Source: Selaginella moellendorffii
Taxonomy: Eukaryota; Plantae; Lycopodiophyta
Assembly (NCBI RefSeq): GCF_000143415.4
Contig: NW_003314404.1
Coordinates: 248,036 to 312,035, forward strand
Length of the DNA stretch: 64,000 nt
Direction of reading: 5' to 3'
Every line of letters starts with the position of its first letter. The first letter of the stretch is position 1. The translations under genes were made by a program, and so were the position numbers. Shown here piece after piece: positions 1-11,872 of this stretch. The notes under the pieces are model-generated. The model was given only the letters and a program-made list of their open reading frames with translations, did no database searches and had not been told where the DNA came from.

Positions 1-201
1 CGTAGAATGTGCCCTGGAATGCCCTTGGGATTGCGAACAGTGGAGCTGCTGGTGGCCAATCTCATTCACGGCTTTGATTGGAGCTTTGTGCCAGGGACAA
101 TACCATCCATAGAGGAGGTTTACAATGGCTCTTGCTACCTCAAGACTCCGCTGCAAGCCATGGCCACTCCAAGGCTGCCGATGGAAGTGTATGGCAACTA
201 G
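1..201 (+). CDS. 3' end of cytochrome P450 (CYP71-clan-like), gene continues upstream of window
   Basis: Heme-binding RMCPG followed by LVANLIHGFDW and a C-terminus ending PRLP..*. Near-identical to 48540-48620. Confidence 0.85.
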   Translation, partial: RRMCPGMPLGLRTVELLVANLIHGFDWSFVPGTIPSIEEVYNGSCYLKTPLQAMATPRLPMEVYGN

Positions 202-1099
202 GTCAAGTAAAACAATAAAGGGAAAGTTTTTTTATATTAGGTTTATAACTAAAAATCAATAGGTTAAATTGGTGCATCAATTATTACCACATTAACCACA
301 ACATCCACAACAAAATTTTCATTTCTCTTTCTCGAGATTTTCAATGTGAATTTATATTTTTCTTAAACATCTTAAAAGTTTATGAGTTTTTAATGGCAAC
401 ATACTATCCATTTTCAAATGCTCAATATCAATAGGATAAAAATACCCACATGTAACATATATTAGTGTGCATGCTCATTTTTTTATAACATTGCACTAAT
501 TGTGTGATTACAAGGCAATCTAAAGCATAAGCAAGACTATGTTAGTATATTCACCACATCAGTATACTTGTGCATTTATATTTTGAATATAGTAGGATTT
601 AAAGGCTTACATTGTTCATTAATTTTGGTTATAATATTATATGTTAATTATTTTGCATCAAATGTTTTCAAACATCACAAAGATAAGCATATTTCAACTT
701 TAAATTAATTACATATTCAAAGACTCTAAAATATTACTTGTTAAATATCTAAATCATTGTCCTTTAAAAAAATGCAATTGTTTTAATTTGGCTCTAAAAC
801 ATTTAACACTCAAAAAGTAAAATTTGGATTTTTATTATGAATTTTTGCCATAATTGCATTAAATTTCAAAGGTGTAAATATGTAAAATGTTTTCCAAACA
901 AGTGAATAAATTTGAAATTTTTAAACATTTTGTGCAAATTCTTAATAAAATGCCTCATGAAAAGTCCATTATATACATTATTAAACATTGATTGAACACC
1001 TTTTAATATGTTTTTTACCATTTAAAGAGGAAATTGTAAGGTGTATTATTATTTTGATATAAGTTTTAATCAACATTTCAAATGTAAAATACTAAATCC

Positions 1100-1124
1100 A
1101 ATAATAATAATAATAATAATAATA

Positions 1125-1159
<35 letters not shown>
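1100..1159. repeat. (AAT)n(ATT)n self-complementary microsatellite
   Basis: Direct reading. It abuts the truncation point of PPR copy 1. Confidence 0.9.
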
Positions 1160-2465
1160 GCGCTAGTGACAATGTATGGGAAGTGTGAGAGCCCAGTGGA
1201 AGCTCAAAAGGTCTTCAACTCCATGACGGCTAGGAACCTGATCTCCTGGACTTCAATGATCAAGGCTTACGCTCAGCATGGGAATCCACAGGAGACTCTC
1301 AACCTTTTAAAGAGGATGGACGTGGAGCTGAGTGGTGTGAGCTTCTCTAGTGCTCTCAATGCCTTGGCACTGCTGGGAGCTTTGGACGAAGGCCGAGAGA
1401 TTCATCACCGAGTTGTGGAAGCCAATCTCGTATCCCCGCAGATGGAGACTTCCTTGCTCAGCATGTACGCGAGGTGTGGAAGCCTGGACGACGCGAGGCG
1501 CGTGTTTAACAGGATGAAGACGAGAGACGCCTTCTCTTGCAATGCGATGATCGCCGCCTTCACACAGCACGGTCGTAAGAAACAGGCACACTCAGGATTT
1601 ACAGGAAGATGGAGCAGGAAGGTATTCCAGCCGACGGAATCACGTTCGTCCTGGTTGCTTGCAGCCATACTTCACTCGTGGCTGATTGTCGAGATTTCCT
1701 CCAGTCTTTGGTGATGGACCACGGGGTGGTACCATTGGTGGAGCACTACCTTTGCATGGTGGACGTTCTGGGCCGCTCGGGAAGACTGGGAGATGCTGAA
1801 GAGCTGGTGGAAACTATGCCATATCAAGCAGACTCAGTGGCCTGGATGACTTTACTGTTGGGTTGCAAGCGCCACGGTGACTTGGATCGTGGCGAGAGAG
1901 CCGCCAGGAAAGTTTTCGAGCTAGCACCGGCAGAGACTCTCCCTTACGTCTTCCTCTCCAACATGTACGCCGCTGCCAAGTGATTTGACGACGCTCGAAG
2001 AGTCCGGAAGGAGATGGAGGAGCGCGGAGTGACGAGGCCAGTGGCAGTAAGCTACATCGAGATTGACAACTGGCTACACATGTTTACGAGTGGTGATAGA
2101 GACGAGCAGCAGGAGGGTCACGACGGCCGGACGATGGAGAGGTCCGGTCCCTGCTGCTGGAACTTTTAGAGCCCATGAAGCAAGCTGGATACGTCCCCGA
2201 CACGAGGGAGTTTACTTGGAGCAGCAGGGTGGCACAAGCGAGGAGGAGAAACAACGTAGCCTGTGCTTCCACAGCGAAAGGCTTGCCATCGCCTACGGAC
2301 TGAGATCCAGTCGATTCTCGTCCGCTGAGAGTCGTCAACAGCCACCGGGTGGGCTCCGACTGCCACTCTGCGATCAAGCTCACTGAGAAGAGGATTTTTG
2401 TGAGAGATGGGAGCCGGTTCCACCACTTTGAGAAGGGAGCCTGCTCGTGTGGGGATCACTGGTGA
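1160..2465 (+). pseudogene. PLS-E-DYW PPR pseudogene, copy 1 (5'-truncated)
   Basis: MYGKC/MYARCGSLDDA motifs, HSERLA, CSCGDHW end. 2-nt insertion at ~1588, TGA at 1981, small deletions in the DYW domain. Confidence 0.9.
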
Positions 2466-2644
2466 AGTTACGTTTCTTTATGTTTCACGTGGTGGGCACA
2501 GAGTTGGCGGAGACAAAGTCAGAACAAGAAAATCGTGCCGCATAAAGGTACGTCGCAAAGTCAAGTTCCTATGTGGCGCACCTTGACTGACTGATGGATT
2601 GCAGGGGTCTCCATCAAGAGAAGTGAAGTAGTAACAAGTTGCAG

Positions 2645-3992
2645 ATGATGGAACTCGCGATCTGGCTGATCCTGTTGAGCACGCTTGGATCCTCTACAGC
2701 GTCACTCAACGCACACAAAGCTGGGGTCTTGGTTGCATTGAAAAGGAGCCTCCTGGGACTGGGAAACACCTCAGACTGGACTGTGGAAAACTCCGATCGA
2801 GCATGCACCGACTGGAAGGGAGTGATTTGCAACAGTGACGATTCAGAGGTGGTGGAGCTTCATCTGGCAGGAAATAGATTCACAGGTGAGATCTCGTCGC
2901 CGGCACTCGGGCAGCTGGCGAGTTTGCGAGTCTTGGACGTGAGCAAAAACCGTCTGGTCGGATCTCTTCCTGCGGAGCTCGGGCTGCTGCAAAGCTTGCA
3001 AGCTTTGGACGTCTCAGGTAACAGACTGACTGGGAGCTTGCCTCGGGATCTCGGCAATTGCAGCGCTCTTCGTTTTCTCAACGCCAGCAAAACCAGCTTC
3101 AAGGTCCGGTACCGCCCCAGCTGGGAGCGCTCCGGAGGTTGGAGATACTCGTCCTGGACAACAACCGCTTGTCAGGTTCTCTTCCTCCGTCCCTTGCGAA
3201 CTGCTCGAAGCTCCAGGAGATTTGGCTGACGAGCAATGGTGTTGAAGGGGAGATTCCGCAGGAAGTTGGGTTTATGGAGCTGGGAGTATTCTTCGTGGAG
3301 AGAAACCGGCTGGAAGGGCTCATTCCACCAGCTTTTGCAAACTGCTCGTCTGTCGAGCTCTTGGCGCTCGGGGAGAATTCTCTGGGCGGGAGGATACCAG
3401 ATGAGCTTGGACGGCTCGAAAACTTGGTGGCGCTCTCGCTGTAGAGCTTGCAGTGGCTGGAGGGGCCAATTCCTCCTGAGATCGGCAACAACAGCAAGCT
3501 CGAGTGGTTTGATATCGGCGGAAACTCGCTCATGCATGACTCGATCCCAGTGTCGCTGCTTCAGCTCCCGCGCTTCCTTGCAACTCTGGTTTCAACAACA
3601 CCTCGGACCGTCCGGTCCCGGAGCAGCTCTGGAACATGACTCAGCTCGAGTTTCTGGGAATGGGGAGGACAAACAGCCGAGGGATCCTGTCACCAATCGT
3701 TGGAAACTTGACAAGGCTTCGGTCGCTGAGAACCGCTTTGAAGGAAGTGTTCCGGACGAGCTGTCCAAGTGTCCCGACGCTGGTCCTCTCCAACAACAGA
3801 CTCCTTGGAGGCGTTCCTCAAACGTTTGGCACGCTTGAGTGTCTCAGAGTTTTGATGCTCGGTGAAAACCAGCTCTCCGGAGCAATACCAGAGAACTGCA
3901 CCAACCTGGAAGAGCTGGTCCTCGAGAGGAACTTCTTCCGTGGAGCAATACTAGAGTCCATCGCCAGGATGGCAAAGCTTCGGGGTTTGCTC
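2645..3992 (+). pseudogene. LRR receptor-like protein pseudogene, copy 1 (3'-truncated)
   Basis: Colinear with 41573-42960. Frameshift at ~3085, TAG at 3442, several deletions, homology stops at ~3992. Confidence 0.9.
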
Positions 3993-4677
3993 CAGTCTTC
4001 AACCGGATGAACGGGACGATACCGTGCTGTGCAATTTACACCTCAGCGTATATTCGGAGCATATATTTAAAATATGCAGTGAAGGGTTTAAACATATACA
4101 TTAAACATAAAATGTTGCTCATTTTGCATGATTAGAGTCTATACTAAAACCTTTCTGGAAGTCCCTTATTCAAAGGAACATCTTAGTCCTCATTGTTATT
4201 TTGAAGGACACACTTTTATTGCACTTAAAAAAACGTTTTTAGGGTTTTCCAAAAAATTAGTACCATTTTGAATTTAAATCATTTTTGAATCATTGATCAA
4301 AATTGGGGTTGAGCCAATATTGTTTTTTTAAAATTTTAGTTCTTTTTGGTTTGTTAAGCAAACCTATATGATAGTAGATATATTTAGTATATGTTTGGAT
4401 ATTCTAGGATATTTTATCATTTAAAAATTGTTATTGATTTAGATTAATATTATATTTATAATTTATAAACATATTTGTAATTTATAAACTTTCAAAAACA
4501 TTTTCTAGTATCTAATAGTTGATATTCAATAAGATTAATCTTGTGTTCATATAAACATATTTATAATTATAAAATCTTCTATTTAATTAATCAGATTATT
4601 AAATAAAAATAACACTAGCAAACTAGGCATTGCTACATGCAATGTGCAATAAATTATTATTCTTATTTGTGATAATT

Positions 4678-5207
4678 TGATATTGTGAGATCCAAGTGTA
4701 TGGCTACAATGTTGTATTTTAATATTAGCATAATGAGATTTTGGTAGCCATCGGATTGGTTTCAATTTAGACCACTCGCTCCTATATATAAACTAAATTT
4801 TTGGGCTAATTAATATGCATATTTTTGTATTCCCTTTCTATATTCCATGCACTCATATTGGTAGAGATGAAAGGCACTTTTGATTGTTCCTGAAGAGTGC
4901 TTGAATTTGGGATTTTCATTTAAATTTAGTTTTTGCATTATCTATTAGATTTAACTTTTTCCATTTCCTTTCTTCTGTTCTTTCCTTTTGGGATTTTGGT
5001 TTAGATCTAACTTTTATATTGTCTAGATCTCCCTTTCCTTCTAACTTTTTTAATTTCTTTTATTTTGCTTTTTCCTTTTCATTCATCTTCATGGCAAAGC
5101 AATAGTGTCTTCTTCCTTTGACTCTAGAGTAGTAGTTGGTGCAATTGTTTGATGCTATGCGATTGCAATTGAACAACCAAACTCAATTGATAGTGGCATT
5201 TATGACA
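4678..5207 (+). mobile_element. 5' LTR of outer Ty3/gypsy element (family A)
   Basis: TG..CA ends followed by PBS-like TGGTA. Homologous to 32873-33320 (inverted) and to 37394-37552, which is preceded by a polypurine tract. Confidence 0.6.
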
Positions 5208-6530
5208 TATGGTATAACTCCTCCTTTTTGGTGCCAATCCTCGTATTCGGCCGGAGTTCTTTCGTGGGAATCCTAGGGATGATGTGTACCATTGGTTTGA
5301 TCACTTCACAGTGATTGCCACATATCATTTTTTGGATGATACTTGACATTTGCATGAATTTCCCACATGTCTCCAAGGGATGGCACTATAGTGGTACAAT
5401 GGTTTGAACACAACCACTTATGGGGATTGGAGTATTCTCTCAAAGGTGTTCAAACGTGCATTTAGACATGCCGACAATTATGATGATGCTTGATAACAAT
5501 TGCGTCGTCTTTGTCAAGGACCATTTGAGTTAGTGATGTAATTTGGCATTCATTTATGAAGCCTCTTGCTTCATGCAGAGTGAAATATGTTAGAGCGGAT
5601 CAAGCTGGGAATGTTGTGGCTAACACTTCATCAAGATCTTGTAAGACTTGTGCATGCACTTATTTTAGCCACCTTGACAATGCCCTTTGTTTGGCATAAC
5701 ATTATAAAACGTTGCCTCTTCCACTTCTCACTACATATTCTTTAGCTCCACTTCCTATGGGAGATGGTCTTATTCCAATAGAGGTTGATGCTACTGCTAC
5801 TCGAGTTCAAGGACACGGGCAAGGACATGGTTATGGCCGTAATATTCATTGCTAAGCATGTGATGAAGTTGGTAATACTTATTAGCATTGTCAACATTTT
5901 CCAAATTGGCGGCCTTCATTTCTCAGGTGAAGACTTTGGCGTCAACAACGTCCTATTGGTGTTGCTACAATAGAAGGTTTAGACACTAAGATGTGTCTGG
6001 GAAACAAAAAGTCACATGAGTAACAGAGGGACCTTACACAAATAAATCAGTAACCCCTCCATCTTTCTTTTGGGAGTATCATCACTTGGCACCAGTTCAT
6101 CTAATGTTTACTTTCCAAGTTCGTTTTTATAATATTATTCTCTCTATGTTAGTTAATACAGGTTCGAGTTTATCTTCTATTGCTTGACTTATTGCCACAT
6201 GTTGCCATCTATATCTGCATCGTGCGGCAGAGTTAGTTTTCATTCTTTATGGCAATGGCTATACACATGTATGTGCATGGGATAAGGCAAACTTAGTTAT
6301 GCGTGTGGGTGATCTTGAGCTTGAGTTGTAGTCATTGCAAATAGTGCCAAGTCAAGCTTTTGACCTCATCCTTGGTATGGATTGCTTGTAGTGCAATCAT
6401 GCCAAATGTGACTTTGAGGCTTCTCCCCCTTGTCTCATATTTTTTTATATTTCATCCATTCCTCTCATTTTTGTACTTCTTTGTTCCTCTGTTTCTACCT
6501 TTGCTTCCATTACTTTTATCTTCCCATTAT
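5208..6530 (+). mobile_element. Degenerate gag/protease region of gypsy family A
   Basis: DLILGMD-like protease end at ~6360-6420. Continues after the 6531-29669 insertion into RT. Confidence 0.55.
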
Positions 6531-7840
6531 TGTAAGTGACAAATTTTTTTCATTCTACTTTAGTCACTTAACCACACCTCCGACTACTTGGAAGAGTCTC
6601 ATTCACAACCTTCATAAGTTTAATTCAGGACTTGGGGCTTGCTAGCCCCAAGAATGGCATCCATGCCACTCAACTTTTGCACTTGGTCCAAGTGCTCCAC
6701 GTGTCTGATCTCATGACTGACACCCCAAGGTACCATTGACATATTAGCCTGTTATGCTAAGGCCATGCTTATTCACCTTGGTCACATCGGTGGTCCAACA
6801 CCACTTATATCACAATTTCATCTCTCAAAGACTGGGCTATTCATCCATGAGTGATCATCCTATATCCACTCCTTAGCATCCTCAGGATGCTTACAGACAT
6901 AGGGAACAACCTTCCCTAATATCCCTTTCAGCACCCTTTTGGTTTCACTTTGGGGCTTAAGGATTTGTGTCTCACAACTCCACCACCCATAAACGAAGTT
7001 TGATGTCCTCATCGAACAATAAATTATTTTAAAAGTAATACTAACATGTATTACCCTTTCCATCCTTAGCACCTAACCAATATTCGTTAATGATTTGACA
7101 CCGAAAGCTCACCATACCTTGTCCATCCTTTACGGAGTATAATTTCTCTAACCTAGAAACTCATTTGACCATTTGTGGTGGTTCTCTCTTTTTATTGATT
7201 TAGTTTTCACTAAATCTGTTAGAGACACCTTTTCTATCTCAATCCCACTACTCATTCTCGAGTAGTCTCAATTCCCATTGATATAACCTTTGCACTTTGG
7301 AATTTTTAATTTTGACTTCTCGAAGTTAATTTCTTGGGTGTCTCCAACACCTTATATTGCACATTTTGTGCAACTCCACTTCCCCATCCTAGGAAGTTCT
7401 CTACTCATCATCATCATCCTCTTTTCTATTTTGTGCCACCTTTGGCACCTTCACCAAATCGAAGCAATTGGGAATCTATCATTGGAAACACATTGTCTTC
7501 CCACAATCCATTAGTATCCAACACATTAGTGTTCTTGGCTTAACTTTACCATTTGGGTTCTATCCTATGATTCTTATGCCTCTTTTCTTAGCCATTAGTC
7601 TTTTATTCCTATCCATTAATTGTTGCACCAAGTAACATAGGATCACTACCTTTATCTCTAAGGTATTTTTTCGGTTCCATGGCAAAAGCTTCACTTGCCA
7701 AGTCTAAAGGGTGTTCACCCTAGTAGATCTCTTTAGCATTTTCTGCTATACGCCTCATCCACGGCCCAACTTTGTGACCCGCCCATGAGTATTTCCTAGA
7801 GACTACTTTCTTTGGACTCATTATGCCATTGTATTGACAT

Positions 7841-10695
7841 CAGTGTGTAACAAAGTATTTTTAGTGTACTAGAAAAAATCCTTGAATACTTAAAATGAAT
7901 AGGATATATTTTTTTTGTACCGGCATAATCCTTAAAAGAGGAAATCTCATTCGGATAAATTCCTTAATATATGAAAACTATAAGGAAGTTAAACATCTAC
8001 AAATCGTCACTTTAGCTTGTATAAATATGCCTATAAGCTGCGCCTTCCTTCCATGCTTGCACCATTATTTCGAAATCAAACTCAGCTATTGGCAGACCCT
8101 CAATGGAGATCCTCACAAGCTCGTCAACCATCTCCGTCCCCATCTGGTTTCGAAACTTATTCTTCACCAAGTTGATTCTACTAAACCCACGCTCATATGA
8201 TGCAGTGTTGCAGCATTGAACCATGCCGACCATTGCCAACTTCAGCAAGTTGGGATACTTCTTCGTCCAGATACTGTGAGCATAAATCATTCCCCAAACA
8301 TCCACGAAAGTTTTCCCCTTCCACTCCTCGGAAGCTATTATCTTCCATAAACTGTACTCTTCAGCCAGCTCTGCTTCATTGATCATCCCTGTGTAGAACT
8401 TTCCAAGTTCCTGAACCTCAAACTTACCAAAAGCTTTCAACTCACGCACTGATGAAGGTAAGTTGATAGGAGCTAAAAAGTGGAACTTGGAGAGAATACC
8501 AGTCGCCTCAGAGTCCTGTAACCTGGTCCTTATACCCTCCAAAAGACTAGTGCCAAAGTTTTTTTGAAACTCTAGTACCTCCTCCAAATCTTCTCCATGA
8601 ATCGACCTGATCATTTCCACGTCTCTGTATTCGTTTCCCTTAACTGATGACCTGAGCTCATCCAAAGGACCATTGCGGCGTCCACCATCTGGGATTATAG
8701 GATATCCTCTGCTATCCAACTGAAAACCATTCAAATCCACTTGCTTATCCAAATAGTATACCTGTATCTTGGCCATAGTTGCCTTGCATAAAGGTGCAAC
8801 ACTAGTCACGTCCATAGTCTGTGCTTGAAACTCCAGGTTCAGCTGATTTACCACTGCCAAGATATCTCCTAGAAAGTGGAGTGCATAAAGGAACTTGAAA
8901 CTCCTGAGACGGTCATACAGCTTCCTTGTTTGAGTTGTTCTCCCGTCCTTAAAAAACTTGAGTAGTGGTTCCAAACACTCACACATCCTGGTAATGGCTC
9001 CACCCCTGCTCAACCAACGTGTCTGCTGGATCCGCAACACCTTCAGCACCTTGAAGTCTAGCTCGTCCTGTAGTGCCTGTAGCTGCTGCAACCTGCTAGA
9101 ACTCCTTGAGAAAAAACTGGCTACCTTGTTCACCACCTGATCCACTTCATCGCAAAGATTATGAACTACTGGATTCTTGTAGACGTCCTCCACACATAAG
9201 TTAGCTCTGTGTGAAAGACAATGTGTGGAGGTCATGAATGGATTGACCTCCTTCAACCTTGCTGCAACCCTTGTCCTGTTTCCTGTCATAACATTGCAGC
9301 CATCTGAACCAAACCCCACGAACCTGCTCATATCCAGCCCCCAATCCTGCAAAAAATCACCTCTACAGAACTATTGTTCAACATTGACAAGCCTAAATAG
9401 CTTGTCAACACCCTTGCGTCGTGGATGTAGGTCACGTAAAAGATGAGGTGTTTACTGGTACTGCATTAACAAATTTAGAACCAAGAATATCACTAATCAG
9501 CTTTACCTTATATCCGTGCTCTCATCTAGCATTATTCCAAAGAATGGGCTAGCTTTAACTTTCTCCAAAATTTGATTTAAGAGCACCTACACAACAAAAT
9601 TCAGTCAAGGTTTATTATCAAACTTTAGCTCACCTTGTTGATGAAAGTGATGAAGTGTGAGCAGGCCATCACGTTCTTGTACATGCTAGGAACATAAACT
9701 CCGTTCAACTGTTGTAGCTCCAGAAGCAATGGGTATTTGCGAAGAGGAACAAAACCTTGTGCAATAGCATAAGCAATCCTAAACAAGCAAATAACTCCCT
9801 TCTCTGCTGCCTCTTGTTGCCGATCATTTGCAGCTGCCATGGAGGATTAACTGCCAGCTTTCACCTCAGCTATGTAAATGGAATGCTTGTGATCTTTTGT
9901 TTGCCCATGAGCATGGAAACTTGAAGTCTTCATGTTGGTGGAACCTGATGTACCAAATGGATTCTTGTAATTCTTGTTGGAACGGCATATTGAGCAGAAG
10001 ATCAGTGCTGTAATGCAAGTAGGATTAGATGAAAAATCAAGAAAATTATTACTATTTTTCTGATCAAAATGCAACCACTGCCATTTTATAACCCATGCAG
10101 GTTGCCACTTCCCCCTACGAATTTTCTTCTCCTTCTCCTCTACTGATGCAGCATCACCTTCTCCCACTTCACATCCCTCCTCAGGCTCAGTCCCCTCCAG
10201 GTTGTCCTCATCTACAAAACCTCCTCTCTCCACAATGGGGGCAAAACTTAACAAAGATTGCTTTGATTGAGCAATGGCTTTTGCAGCAGCCTTGCTCCTA
10301 CCTGCAGGCACCCTCCCCATTTCCCAGATGATCTCCCCACCAAAATCTATGTTCACGCCCACGCCCACGCCCACGTGAACATTGTGAAAGAATATTCTAA
10401 CCTTAGATTAATGACATGGTTTACTTAGTGTAACTATGTTTAGTTAGTGTTAACTAAGATTGATGATTATTTATTTAATCTTGTTAATTAGAATCAATTA
10501 AACATAATTAACCATAATCCTCAAAAGGTAGGTGAATGTACCGGCAGGATTCCTTATAACATCCAAACGTACCGGATCTAGCCTTTTACGAGATTTTTTG
10601 CACCGGTCGTATATCCTTGTAACTTTGTTTTGTACCGGCAATTCTGAAATGGTACCGGCGGGGTACAAAGGAGCCTCGGACTTTGTTACACACTG
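7841..10695 (-). mobile_element. hAT DNA transposon (ZNF862/C17orf113-type transposase)
   Basis: Perfect 16-bp TIRs CAGTGTGTAACAAAGT (7841-7856 and 10680-10695). Subterminal GTACCGG repeats. Confidence 0.88.
8012..10374 (-). pseudogene. hAT transposase (TTF-like Zn finger, DDE core, hAT dimerisation domain) with introns and an in-frame stop
   Basis: GSDG..M.G, HC..HR.NL, TRWLSR and ERGFSR.N..K motifs. In-frame TAA at 9847-9849 joins the ORFs 9847-10374 and 9625-9840. Confidence 0.85.
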
Positions 10696-11872
10696 CTCAT
10701 GACTGTCCCATTGATTTACAAGAAGGAGCATCACCTCCGTGGGGGCATATTTACGGGTTATCCCCATCCAAGCTTAAGGCCCTCAAAGAGTATGTGGATG
10801 AGAACCTTGCCTCGGGGTACATTCAACATTCGTAGTCCCCGGCTGGAGCACTTGTTTTCTTTGTCAAGAAGAAGGATGGGAGTTTGCGGCTAGTCATCAA
10901 CTACCAAGGTTTGAACAAGGTGACTGTTCGGAACCGTTATCTGTTGCCCTTGATCTCAGACCTGTTGGAACACCTCAGCGGTGCCCACTTCTTCACCAAG
11001 ATCGACCTCTGTGGAGCATACAACTTGATCTGATTTGGCCTAGCGATGAATGGAAGACTGCATTCCGAACCCGCTATGGCCACTTCGAGTACACTGTCAT
11101 GCCATTTGGCTTGACAAATGCTCCAGCAATTTTTCAACACATGGCGAACAACGTTTTTCAGGAGTTTTTTGATTAGATGGTGATCGTCTACCTTGATGAC
11201 ATCCTCATCTACTCAAAAACTCAAGAGGAGCATGACGAGCATGTGCGCAAAGTGCTGGTGAAGCTGCAGGAACATGGCCTATATGCGAAGCTTGAAAAAT
11301 GTTCCTTCGATCAGGAGTTTGTGGAGTTTCTTGGGTACATTGTCACTCCTAAGGGTATCATGATGGATCTTGCCAAAGTTAAGACTATTCTCAAATGAGA
11401 GCCTCCACAATCAATGTCGGACATTCAGGTTTTCCTTGGCTTCGCCAATTTCTACCCTAAATTCATTGATCACTACTCTGATATTGTCCTTCCTTTCACA
11501 CATCTCACTCGCAAGGATGTTCCCTTTTTTTGGTCTGCTGCTACCCAACAGGCCTTCAACACACTCAAGGCAACCTTCAGTTCTACTCCCGTCTTGATCC
11601 ATGCTGATCCCTCACAACCTTTCTTCATCGAGGCTGATGCCTCCGGCTTTGCCATCGGTGCTGTGCTGTCTCAACTCGGAGCGGATAAGGAATTTCATCC
11701 GGTCGCTTTCCATTCTCGAAAATTCCAACCTGCGGAGATCAATTACAAAATCCATGACAAGAAGCTCCTTGCCATCGTGGATTCTTTTGGAGAGTGGTGT
11801 CGTTTCTTGGAGGGGGCAAGGTATCAAACAATGGTTTGGACGGATGACAAGAATCTCTAGTACTTTGCCTCT
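10696..11872 (+). mobile_element. Tcn1-like chromovirus pol fragment (RT + RNase H), degenerate
   Basis: [31 protein letters not shown]. Near-identical family to 63122-63970. Confidence 0.85.

Noticed and set aside
6652-6670. ATGGCATCCATGCCA in LTR B (also ~14379) as a dyad copy outside the element
   Set aside because: No 6-nt spacer and an incomplete arm. Treated as chance similarity.
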